From: Trichoplax sp. H2
Lineage: Eukaryota
Assembly (NCBI GenBank): GCA_003344405.1
Contig: NOWV01000190.1
Location: 1 to 64,000, forward strand
Reading direction: 5' to 3'
DNA length: 64,000 nt
How positions within the stretch are numbered: the first letter of the stretch is position 1; the number at the start of each line of letters is the position of its first letter. The notes beneath the pieces are model-generated. The model made no database searches and had not been told where the DNA came from. It saw nothing but the letters and a program-made list of their open reading frames with translations. The translations under genes and the position numbers were made by a program. This document shows positions 1 to 11,715 of the stretch, piece by piece.

Positions 1-1174
1 CTATAGAAATTGATTAAAACATATGAAATATGGCAGTGATTCGTACGTTAGTACGTTAAGTAATGCATTTATTAAGAATGATTAAAATTGGTACAACACA
101 ATATGAAACAGTGCAGATTAGCCAAACTCTACTAGCACCTTTTTAATATTGTTCATTTTTGGTGTTTAGCATATGAATTAATAACTAGCATCTTTTTATA
201 TCTAAAATAGTGTTCTCGCTTAGATGATAGTCATTACTCACATTGGCTAAATTTCGGCGATAGGCTACGTCCTTGTATTGCATGATACAAAAGCGCTCAA
301 CTAGGGTATCATAATTAGGTTTAGCAATCCCTTAGGTTTTCAAGCGATTAACTCTGAATCTGAGTTATTAAAATAAAAGAATTTCTAATTCTACTTCATG
401 TAAGGCTTACTTTGTATTAATTGGATACTTTGAACATACCCTATTGCTGTAACTAGCTGAATTCACTAGGAAAGATTACGAAAGCAGGTGAAATTGCTTC
501 ATACAAAATATCTGTTACAATATACTAAACGTTCAACTGCAGACATTTAGCACGATAATTATTCAAAGTCAAGTTCAAGAATGATTTGCTATTAGCTGGT
601 TACGCTGAAGAATGAACCTTTTTCAAATATTATCAGGTCTGATGATTACTTTGCAGGAAAAGTCCTTGCCGAACCGAAGCTTGACTGGCCATTTTTAAAA
701 CTGATGCATGCTTAAGTTATGCCTTGAGCAAGCACTGCTTAACTTCTGTTTTCACAACATTTATGCTAAATTCTTTAATTGTAATTTATACTATATTCAG
801 TTAGAAATCTACGAAAACTAAATTTGAGTAGTCCTTGCCTTAAACCTTTAATCCAAACCAATTAGGAAGAAGAACAAAAACATACTTGTTTATATTTTAA
901 GGAAATAGCAAGAGTAGTGTCAACTATCTACGATGTTGTATAGGTAGAGCAGATTGCATTAAGCAGTGACATATGCAAACCTAAGGCAGTGATCTCAGCT
1001 AGTTATATATTAGTAAAGTAATGAGCGCTGATAGCTGATGGATAGTTCAAAAGCTATTGATGATCCTTTCACTAATTTTAATTTTGTGCATGCATAGGCA
1101 CGTCGTAGGAGCTTTAAATATGATCTCAAGCTAAGGTAAACAACTCGGTGGAGCGAATCAATTTTATAGCTGTT

Positions 1175-1616
1175 TGTCACGGTACGAACTACCGTAAAGA
1201 AATAGCTATCTAGATTTGGTTAATATAATATAGTAATAATATATTACAACTAGTTACTTACAATAGGAATTACTCTAATTATAAATGTGTTACAGTAAAT
1301 TTAATGCTGTGCTGCAATGTGATCTGAAATAATTCAGTGAATGGACATATTGTAGTCCGACTAAGAAAAATTAGTTAGTAGATGTTCTAACCTAAGTGTT
1401 TTTATATGATGACTCATGAATGTTAGCTGCTGTAGAAGGGTATATAAGCCCGTCAGATAGTTGAATAAAGTAATTCTCAATTGTCTAGTTGAGTTTAACG
1501 TAGAATCGAAGGTGTCTAAATTCTTGTGAGGTAGTTAAGGGATACTGAATCCCGGAGACTGTAGTAATTTAGAGATTTGTTTTACGTTATCCTTGTCACG
1601 AAGCTGGTTTGTGACA
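1175..1616 (+). mobile_element. Solo-LTR-like insertion, family B (442 bp)
   Basis: Termini TGTCAC...GTGACA; perfect 5-bp TSD CTGTT (1170-1174 / 1617-1621); internal GGTATATAAG then GAATAAAG; the paralogous segment at ~30681 (ttatagctgttgta) shows the empty site. Confidence 0.85.
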
Positions 1617-2409
1617 CTGTTGTATAACAGTTATCCTAAACAGTAATATGGCTTAAAATAATTCTTTATCAGCAATTAGTAAAGCAACGCAGATAATTTT
1701 AAATCAAAAATAGGATACCACAGTATATGCCATGTCAAGCGTGAATATTATACCATTCAACTTAGAATACGGAGATACAATTTAATAAAGACAATAAGTA
1801 AAGTCTTACTTTGATCATTGTGATAAAGGATTTGATAAATCGGCTATGTAGCTGTCCATTTAAAAGTCATTCGAGATAATTTACTTGAATTCATGGTATA
1901 GAAGTAGATTCTATATTGAACGAGGTAATTTAATTTCCGTGTAGCAAGTGAAGAGGTTAACAAATTGAAGCTTAAGAAATCTCTGAGCTTAAGTAGCTCA
2001 ATTGTTGTGCACGATCTCGATTGGAGTACCATCCCTAACCTTAATATAACCCGTCAGTGTCTAATGACAGCTTGATTAATAACGAATCTTAGTGTAACGA
2101 ATATGTAATATTAATCGCCTATATTAATGCTAACTTATACATTACTTTTATCACAACTGAATCTACTTTCTAACGTCGTATTATTTGATATCTTCTCTGA
2201 TAATTGTTATATAATATACTGCGCTTATCATATAAATCAGGAATGCATGAAACTCTCGCAATTACCTACAATTAGCGTACTAAAATAGACTGCAGAATAC
2301 CTTCTACTGGATAGCAAGTTTACCTACGGATTATGTCTCATTAAAGCTAATTAATATCATTATTTGTGACTCATTTCCAGTCTTGATAATCAGCTTATTG
2401 ATCTTTATG

Positions 2410-3192
2410 ATCTACCAGGATACTGCGCCAAATTTTTTTAGAAACGGTGATTACAAATACTTATAAGTAGTTCAAAGCATTTGAAGTACTAGCTAGACAT
2501 TGTATAGCTACGACAGTTCTTAGCATAGAAGCGCTAATATCTATCACAGAGGTTGCGATGATCATAAATGCTGCAGTAATGGAGGAAAGGTCTGCTAGCT
2601 CTGTACGATCTCTTTCTCAGTTTATACGTTGACAAAATTTTGGCCTTCTTGCATAAAATTGATTAATTATAAAACTATGCACACTAAAATTGCCCTTTGT
2701 TAGCGGTTACTCGTGTCACATGAATAACATTCCCAAGATACTGAAATACTTAATTTATTACAATGTCTACTAATTGTCGAAACAGTAAATCATTAAGATA
2801 CTGATTGAATCATGATTACAATTGATATGAGTAAAATAATAGCCGGACAACTATTAATTTAATCTCTTAAACTAAACACTAGAGCAGGTCATGTGTGTAC
2901 TTGCAACGATTGCCAACTTTAAATTTTTGGCAATAGATATACTTTATACCACTTGGTTGAACCTTGTTTTAGAATCGAGGTAGCAATCATAAGCGACCAC
3001 CTAATTTTATGAATAATATTGACAATTAATCTACGAAGAGGTTGCTGTCGATTTCGCTTCTTGAGAGTAATTATGCAGACAGCGATGCTGAAGATAATGA
3101 CAAGTTAACTTAAATATGCAACGGAGATGGTTAATGCATACAGTAATAGTTCGATTACGCAATGTTACGTTTCTCAAGTATTTTTGATACAT
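2410..3192 (-). pseudogene. Degraded class A GPCR pseudogene of the local family
   Basis: Minus-strand translation gives VIIFSIAVCIITLKKRNRQQPLRRLIVNII (matches TM1-ICL1-TM2 LQQPLNRLIAN of neighbours), a decayed TM3 (STHMTCSSV*FKRLKLIV) and TM7-like CLASTSNALN; many stops and frameshifts; ends approximate. Confidence 0.65.
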
Positions 3193-4275
3193 AGCGTTTC
3201 TAGAAATCCAGTGATAGCATAAAATAAATAGTTTTTACGAAAGTTAGTAAGTAAATTTGAATTATTTTTGCTTAAAAAGTGAATTTCAATTACCCACGAT
3301 GAATTTTCATGGACGATGCTTGTTTAATTACTGCAATACCAAAACAAGCAAAAAGTTCTGATTTTAAGAATTTGCTAAAGTATGATAACAGTATCTTCAA
3401 CCATACATTATTCTTGCAAAGTAACTAAGGAACTCATTACAGTCAAGACATAAATATACAAATTTTATTGAATGTACTTCCATTTATTTTTATTTTATTA
3501 TTCGTTAAAATTAGCATTCATATATTAATCAGAAGAATATGGGATTATCGATATTTATCCGATAAATATTGTTATGCTATGTCTAAGAGGTAATGGAATT
3601 AGCCAATAATCTTGAGCTCAGGTATTTAACTCATTGTCATTGAACTCTAAAGTAGAAATTTTATTTCTGTAATTGTTTCCTAAACGCTCATATCTTATAA
3701 GATGTCCATAGTCAGGATCTGTATTCAATAAATAAGACTATATAAATACAATTATGTGAATTCATTTTGAAATAAAACGAAAAAGGAATATTATGATATA
3801 AATTAGATTAATAGATAACGTCTACCAATAAGATATAGCGTTCAGTTAATTAAAATTTTAGTTAATCAGTGTAAGAAGTAACAATATTAAGAACTAATTT
3901 CATATTAATAAAAAGGTAAATTAGATGTATCTTATATATTTCTATTGTTTTTTTCTTTGCGATGTTATGAACTTTTAATTACCGATGAAGTTAAAAGGAA
4001 CTTCACATCAGCGACAGCAAATTGCCTTTCCTTTATATTTGCTATCCATTGCATTAGGGTATTCAATATGAAACCATATGTCTATCAATTTAATACCTCA
4101 AAGGAGTTAAGCAACTCCAAGATAAAATGAAAGTCACCGGAGGTATGATTAATTTTAAATCATTCAAATCGATCTAGTATTAAGACTTACAGACTAATTC
4201 TATTATTGATGATACCATTTTAACAAGTTGTTAACTAATTTTAGCGATGAACTTTATTATTGGTTATTCTAACGT

Positions 4276-5280
4276 TTAAGTAGCGGTAAACTTAAAAGAA
4301 ATTCTCAATCTGCGAGTCAACAATTTAAATTCATTTTTAAAATTGATGCTAGCAAAGTTATATAAAATAGGATTTAATATACCTGGCATAAACATCATTA
4401 CGGTAGTTACACGAAATAACATAGAAAACTTAGAAAGCAGTTTATGAGTAAAATTTGGATCCAAAGTTTTTTGAAACGAAATCCAGACGTAACTAAAAGC
4501 ATAGGGTATAGTGCCACAAGCGGAAAGAGTCGTGATAAGTAATATTGAAATTATGCTTAAATTACGTTTTTTAATGGTTTTCAACGCCTGTAATTTGTAT
4601 CTCGAGTCTTCGATTGGAATATTTATATTACGCAACTTAATAATGATGCATGTATAACATATAAAGATGATCAGTAAGGGTAATAATGAATTTAATACAG
4701 CAAAAAATGCTGACAAGACTAAACTAGTATCTAAATGAGTTTGAGAAAGTAACCCAGAACAGTCAATTAAGTCTCGGCGATCATAATCGGTAACAAAAAT
4801 AAATATCGTTGCACAGACTAGTGCATAGAACCAGATGGCAACAATAATAAAGTTCATTTTATTCCTATGAATCGGTCCAGTAAGTGGATGAATAATGCCT
4901 CGATATCTTTCTATTCCAATAACAGCTAATGTCATCATAGAATTCGACATAGCTACTGCTGCAATAAAATTGGTAATGCCACATAAAATCTTGACGTTCT
5001 TACGCAGTAACTGCCTAATATCTAAGGAATAATTATAATCGATAGTGAAGATAATCATAATGCATCTTAAAGTCGATGAACAGCCATAAAGAATATCAGC
5101 AAGCGCTAAATTTGCGATTAAAAGATGAAAAGGTTGTCGAAGTCGAGCACTGTTTGATACGAGAGAGCAAACAACGATATTGAAGATTATACTAATAATA
5201 CTGATAAGCAAAACGCATAAAACCAAGTCGAAATTTTTGCTAAAGATATTATTACTGGTCGAATTCGAGAAAATTGCCAT
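4276..5280 (-). CDS. Single-exon rhodopsin-like (class A) GPCR, orphan
   Basis: 7 hydrophobic segments, NLALAD (TM2), IERY (TM3), ECL2 Cys, NPILY (TM7); ATG at 5280 (MAIFSNSTS) preferred over the upstream TTG of the ORF track. Confidence 0.93.
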   Translation of the reverse strand: MAIFSNSTSNNIFSKNFDLVLCVLLISIISIIFNIVVCSLVSNSARLRQPFHLLIANLALADILYGCSSTLRCIMIIFTIDYNYSLDIRQLLRKNVKILCGITNFIAAVAMSNSMMTLAVIGIERYRGIIHPLTGPIHRNKMNFIIVAIWFYALVCATIFIFVTDYDRRDLIDCSGLLSQTHLDTSLVLSAFFAVLNSLLPLLIIFICYTCIIIKLRNINIPIEDSRYKLQALKTIKKRNLSIISILLITTLSACGTIPYAFSYVWISFQKTLDPNFTHKLLSKFSMLFRVTTVMMFMPGILNPILYNFASINFKNEFKLLTRRLRISFKFTAT

Positions 5281-6372
5281 ATTTGGTAGTTGCAATAGTA
5301 TCAAATCAATATCTATCTTGACAGATATTTATAAGTTTGATAGATTAACATGAAATATATCAATTTAAGGCTTGAGATAATAAATATACTGTCGTACAAT
5401 TATTTAAATTCCTAATCATGCTTTATTTTTTGTATATTCAATAGATAATTAATTAGTTAGTCATCAATCATAGTATATCCAAGTCTAAAAATAACATCTT
5501 AGTCAATAAAATTATGATAGCATTAACTTTATCATGCACACCTCAATCTTCTATAGCTTAAAGATAAATAATTTATCACTACATTATTCGTAGTAATTGT
5601 CGACTGGCACATAAAACATTGAATACAGGTGTATGTCTTTTTTATACTAGTTGCATTTTGTAAATCATGAAAGACTCCTGTAAAATTATGGTACTAATTA
5701 TAGTTTATTCTTCCTAATGATAGAAATCGTGAACAATTATGCTTTAAATTAACAGATTTTATTGAAGTAATTGACATTTCGGGTTACAGTCAATATGTCA
5801 AGTTTGATTTTGCATCTGTATAGCGCTAAATAGCAAGGTTAATGAACCATTTAATCTAATATCATTAATTCACAGCTGCATTTAATTAATTTCAATATAA
5901 AGCTCATGTAAGCTTTAACGATTAATCAACATTTATTTAACTTAACAAAGTTTGATCAATGAAATTAAGTTAACCATGGGCTCCAAATATTTCCTAAGTA
6001 AGAAAAAAGGGAACTTTTGCTATTAATAATTGTCAAAAGTTAAAAAAATATCGATTAGTCTATATTTTATTGTAACTTCTGTCGAATCCAAATTTATTTA
6101 CATGACCAGATAATTTATAACCAACGGGTCTATCGTCTGTTCTTGTTTGCATTTTTAATTCTACATAATGTTAAATTTAATCATCGAGCGTACTTTATAA
6201 TTCTCTTCAAAATGGCATAAATAATCTTAGCCGTTAAAAATTAGGCAAATTCAGTATTTCTGAGACATATATTTTAAAATAAATATAAGTTAGAGATACG
6301 GGTAAAATCATTAAGAAAGTAGTTTCATGTTGCCGAGGGTAAATTCTAATGGAAATCAACTACATCAAGAGA

Positions 6373-8103
6373 TCAATCTCTTAATGCTGAGAAAAATTTC
6401 AAATTACAATATATTGAGATTAAGACGTTTTTGTACAATTTATATACGATAAGATTCAATTTTAAAAAAGCTGTTTCTAGCAATTTTAGAATCACATTTA
6501 AATTTAAAATAGATTTTAAGAAGGTTCTCTCAAAATCTGCGCTTGCACAATTATACGGTACTGGATTTATTGAGCATGGTATAAACATAATGTAGGTCGT
6601 TACGTACAGTAGGCTATTGAACTAAATTGCGCATTGTATAAAGTTTGGTTCTAGAAGATAACGACAAGAAATCTAAATTCAGCAAACAGAGAATGGAATA
6701 ATTGTACAAACGGACATTATCATTATTATAAGCAGTGATATTATACAATTTCTTCGTCATTTTATTAATTTCATGACTTCAAGTTTATAATAAGAATCAT
6801 CAAGAAGCGGATTAATTCTATATAATGTTAGTATGACCCTTACATAGCAAAATAGCATTACAAGAGACGGTATTAAAACTGCTAAAATACCAAAAATCAC
6901 TGCTAAATAAGTTCCGTTAAAGCATGAATTGTGATGAGAACAATAGAGAAACCAATATTCTGATAGCTATCAGTGGAGCACATAACAATTATAATTCCTG
7001 AACAAGCAAGAGTATAGATCCAAATACCAATATGATTTATCCAAATTTTACTTTCACTAACAGGCACAGATAGCGGATGTATAATTACATGATACCTTTT
7101 AAATGAGATACTAAACAAGGTAATCTTAGAATTAGATGTAGACACCACATGAATATAACTGTTTACTATTTCAAATTCCTGATAATCTTGACTGCCTACA
7201 ATAAGGGTTTCTTACGCATTTTCGATAGTACTAACAGCAGGTATTGTATGAATTCTAGTTGTTAAACAGTTTGAGATATCTGTGATTGCTAAATCAGCAA
7301 TCATTATATATGGTGGCTGCTGAAGATCTTTATTAGAAAACATCAAATAGCACATAATTACATTAAGTAAAATACCTACAGAACCGAAACTGACCATGAC
7401 TACTACTGAAAACGTATGCAAAGATTCATTTACGGGATGTGACAGTGTTATGCACTGTATTAGAGTAGAAATATCTATGTTAGGATAATTCTGTTAGCCT
7501 GTCCTTATTTAGTTAACTTCTAATTTGGATATACTGTGTTTTAATATAGCACTGACTTTTTATGACAGTGACACTTATACACATACTGAAATTAATAGTT
7601 ATAATAGGGAATGCAAATCATCTACTTACAGTTCAAATCATTGTGATTTTAATTTACTTATGGTAGATCGTAAATTATCAAGGAAATGTTCCGTGATAGG
7701 ACATATCGTAATCTGACTATTCTGTATTAGTCATTATATGTCTATGTTGGTAAATACTGTTGTCTGCATTAAGGGAGCAGTAGCTAAAATTAATGTCTAA
7801 TTCAGTAAATGATTCTAATGTTAATTGTATTAACTATGACTCATGAACTATTGAGGAATAGTTCTGTATATAAATGCAGCATATCGTGAGATAAAGTGAA
7901 ATCTCAAACATAGTATTTAACGTAAAATACGAGGCGTCTAAGTCTTTATGTAGTCTGCTAGTAGAGCAAAAGTGTTTGTGATAGTGCAGATATCGTTCCT
8001 TGATACGTGGTTCAAGGAATTGACTTATTGATCGTATATTACGTTATCTTGTTGCAAAGCTGTTTTGTGACACGAGAAGATTCGCATCCATTAGATTAAA
8101 CGT
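6373..8103 (-). pseudogene. GPCR pseudogene (paralog of 9626-10630), interrupted near codon 10 by a solo LTR
   Basis: ORF pieces 7212-7421 (NKDLQQPPYIMIADLAITD), 6903-7148 (SFKRYHVIIHPL) and 6373-6588 (INPVPYNCAS) lie in different frames; N-terminal codons resume after the insertion at 8073; start codon changed ATG>ACG (8101-8103). Confidence 0.9.
7438..8072 (+). mobile_element. Solo-LTR-like insertion, family A copy 1 (~635 bp)
   Basis: TGTGACA...TGTGACA; TSD CGGGA/CGAGA (1 mismatch); near-identical to 14320-14954 and 29917-30548; internal TATATAAA. Confidence 0.9.
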
Positions 8104-9625
8104 TTTGCGAACTTGACGATAAACCAATTCACCAAAGCAAGTATCTTCAATTTAGTTTAATGAATTTGAATTCAAACCATAAATGATGTATTAATGGAGA
8201 TCAATTGACCTTCTATCGCATAGTTTTGTAAGCTTGCAGAGATAATTTGTAAAGGTTCATATATGCAACGATATATTATACTGCAGATTTCTAATAATAT
8301 AAATATATTGCAGTAACAGATCGTTTAAGTTAACTGAACTGAAGTTGAACTGAATCAAATTTTAATGCATTCTGTAATAGCCAACTATGATGAAAAATTT
8401 AGAAAGACTATCGGCCTTTCTAAGGAAATCAGTATAAATTTTAATTCCTTTCTTTTAGCATACAAATAGATCTATTCCTATAGCTTATTGTATTAAAAAA
8501 TCCGTGAGAGTATCGATTTAAACCCAAAGTAACTACATATGGCATGCCTTCTAAATTTTTTGCCATTAATTAGTCCTATGTGGTAAAGACTTGCTATTCA
8601 TAATTATTATTATACTATTCGCTATTCGTTTCTCGTTGTTGATAATAACCTTACCTTAGGGCTATTATATAAACTATTCGACAGATACGCGCATAGTAGT
8701 TCTAGTTTATAAAATTATCAGTGCCTGCCCAACTGTTTTAGGATATCTGTTCGGGCTAAGCAAGATCCTTACTCATTTACCCAATATAGGCAAAGGGATA
8801 GGCAAATAATGAGACTGCGTCAAAGTAAATATTGCCCTAGTTAAAGAGGCTAATACAAAGCTTTGAATTTTTATCACATTCTAAAATTCTCTGGTAATTT
8901 GCTGGTAGAATTAGGAATTTAATGCTGATAAGTATTGACGGGATGTAGATGTAGTTTAGAAATCTTTTAAACTTTATAATCAATACTTTCGTGTTTAAAA
9001 ATATGTAAAACAAACTTTTCAGTTTATTTAGACTGACTATTAATTAAGCAGTTACAGACGTAAATGATAAGTGTGAACGCTTTTTTTAATTCTTTGACTG
9101 AAATATTATATTAGCGATATTTTTACCCTAGAATTGAATATAGTAACTGTTATTACATTAAGTAAGCTCAAATTTAGGATTTTATGTTTAGTAAAAAATT
9201 GGTTTTACTTGGATTCAAATATAACATTAATTGTCTTAATGCTAACTAAAGCTCTTGAATTCGTCAAAATATGTCTCTTAGATAGCTAGCTTAAACGAAC
9301 AAGGAGAATTGCCGCATGATGGTGTTTACAATTGGTTTCAAAGTCAAATAATTTTATGATATTACCTTTGACTACATTGCCATATTGTCATATGCGTCCC
9401 AAAATAAAGCGAATTAAATATTCCATGTACATATACGAGCTTTAAAATGGAACATAGCATACGTAAGGGTATAACCAGTAAGCGAGTGGTTTAATTTAAG
9501 GTACATGTATTTAATTCTAATAAGATTTGGCTGTTCCTAGTAATAACTCTCTTAATACAGAATAAAATTTTAAACTTTAATGCGCTCAGATGAAGATATT
9601 TTAATGATTCTAGACACGATAAGTC

Positions 9626-10630
9626 TTACTTTATACAGCTATTTCTGACAGTTTTAGTGTACATATTTAAAATTAAGTTTAAGAAGACTCTCCTAAAACT
9701 GGCACTTGCAAAATTATACAGTATAGGATTTACGATACCTGGTATAAACATAATGTAGGAGGTTGTGTAAAGCAGATTATTAAACTGAATAAAACTTTCA
9801 TAAGCAAATTTAGATTCTTGGAGATAAAGACTAGAAATCCAAATCCAACTAACAAGGAATGGAATAAATGAACAAGCAGACAATATCGTCATAATTAATA
9901 ACGATGCTATACAAATTTTTCGTCGTTTTATCGATTTCATGATTTTAAGTTTATAATAAGAATCATCAAGAGGCGGATTATTTCTACATAGTTTAAGTAT
10001 GATCCTAACATAGCAAAATAATATTACTAGAGACGGTAATGAAACTGAAAAAATCGTAAAGACTAATACTAAAATAAAAGCCGTTAAAGCATCGCTCGGA
10101 ATAAGAACAATAGAAAAACCTGCAATCTGATATGTATCGGTAGCACGCAAGATTGTCACTATTCCTGAGCAAATGAGAGCATAGATCCAAATACCAATAA
10201 TATAAATCCAAATTTTACGTTTACTAACTGATACAGATAGCGGACTTACAATCCCACGATATCTTTCAAACGATATAAAAGACAAGGTAATCATTGAATT
10301 GGACGCAGAAAAGCTTGAAATAAAACTGGATGCAAGACCAAATTTCAGATAATCTTGCTTGCCTGAACTATAGCTTTCTTCTTGATTATCTGTAATACTT
10401 ATCGCTAGTATCGCACCTACATTTACTGCTAAGCAGTATAAAATATCTGTTATTGCTAAATTAGCAATCATAATATGTAGTGGCTGTTGAAGATCTTTGC
10501 TGGAAATCACCATATAGCATATAATTATGTTAAATAAAATGCCAATAGAACCGAGACTGAGTGTGGCCACTACTGAAAGCACATTCAATGACTCATTTAA
10601 GGGAAGACTTGAATTCGTTAGATTAAACAT
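9626..10630 (-). CDS. Single-exon class A GPCR, orphan (lacks TM3/ECL2 cysteines)
   Basis: 334 aa; NLAITD, FERY, NPILY; N-terminal N-glycosylation sequons. Confidence 0.93.
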   Translation of the reverse strand: MFNLTNSSLPLNESLNVLSVVATLSLGSIGILFNIIICYMVISSKDLQQPLHIMIANLAITDILYCLAVNVGAILAISITDNQEESYSSGKQDYLKFGLASSFISSFSASNSMITLSFISFERYRGIVSPLSVSVSKRKIWIYIIGIWIYALICSGIVTILRATDTYQIAGFSIVLIPSDALTAFILVLVFTIFSVSLPSLVILFCYVRIILKLCRNNPPLDDSYYKLKIMKSIKRRKICIASLLIMTILSACSFIPFLVSWIWISSLYLQESKFAYESFIQFNNLLYTTSYIMFIPGIVNPILYNFASASFRRVFLNLILNMYTKTVRNSCIK

Positions 10631-11715
10631 TTTGTGAAGTTGATGATAAGCTATTTCACAAATACACGAAACTTACATTCAGATTGATCAATTTAAATAA
10701 AATTATAAATGATTAGATAGACGATGATCAATCGAGGCTACTGTTGTACAATTACTCGAACTTTTAGAGACGATTGATAAAGTTAGTAATTTAATTTTGG
10801 ACTTCTGATAAAAACAAATAATTAGCAGATACAAATACAAATTGTTTAAAGTTGAGTCGTACTAAAATTTAATTTACTCTTATACTATGAAGCTATCTCT
10901 GCGCAAATACGCAGAGAGGTTGCCTGCCATTCTATGAAAATTAAGATAAGTTTTAATTAATTTCTATTGGCCTCGCTCAACCATCTTAAGGAGTCTTTTT
11001 AACTTTAGCAAGATCCATGATAATTTTCAAAATAAAGGTTGATGATATTGCTTAATGTAACTTGAGTAAATACCCTATAATTCAATGAGACTAATATGAA
11101 GCTCACATCTTTTTTAATTCTGTTGATTTATCGGGGAAATTTACAGGCTTTAAGGTATAAGTTGCTCGATACTTTGAAGAAGTGGTGGAACGTAATTGTA
11201 ATTTCTAAATCTATTTTACTTTATAACCAAACGCAAAATGTTTCAGCATATATTATATGAATTTTTTAATTTATTAATGATGTAAAATAAGACAGATTTT
11301 ATTAAATCTGGTCAAAGTTGCAGTGTTAAATGACGTTAAGGTTAGGACTTCTTTTAAAAAATAGATTGTTTACACTTCGATATTGTATCGGCAACGAAAA
11401 TGTCTTAGAAGTAAAGTTCGATTCTGGTAAATGAATTCTGAAAATATTATTGTCAGGATAGCCAATCCTAATTTTAGCCCTAGTAGAAAGGATACAATGC
11501 CGCCAATGCCAACTAAGGACAGTTTGTGACGATATATCGATACTGCCATTACACCCATACACTCCTTTTGATACTTACTGTTACAAAAAGTCTAATATAG
11601 CCATGTTACCTTATATTATCGCGTAGTTGTGAATTGTTGTTATACTATCAGCTTTATTCACGTTTTTAAACTTTTAGCCTTCATTTTCTAATAACCAAGG
11701 GACATAGTTTAACAT

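Larger units (their letters stand above)
3965..8430. repeat. Segmental duplication copy 1 (two-GPCR unit), paralogous to ~51345-55135
   Basis: Collinear similarity of coding and intergenic DNA, e.g. 5401 tatttaaattcctaatcat vs 52790; 6141 tcttgtttgcatttttaatt vs 53662; boundaries approximate. Confidence 0.85.

Noticed and set aside
7525-7716. 63-aa ORF repeated three times (7525, 14408, 30006) looking like a small gene family
   Set aside because: Starts at TTG, lies inside family A insertions, no recognisable domain; the conservation reflects repeat identity
10005-10211. Alternative-frame and antisense ORFs overlapping GPCR, PARP and Kelch genes (e.g. 10005, 11804, 19143, 27407, 36368, 58513)
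   Set aside because: Shadow ORFs of real coding sequence with no independent support
11326-11562. Small hydrophobic ORFs (62 and 78 aa) downstream of a GPCR
   Set aside because: Short, no recognisable family, expected by chance in AT-rich 3' flank; cannot be supported without expression data
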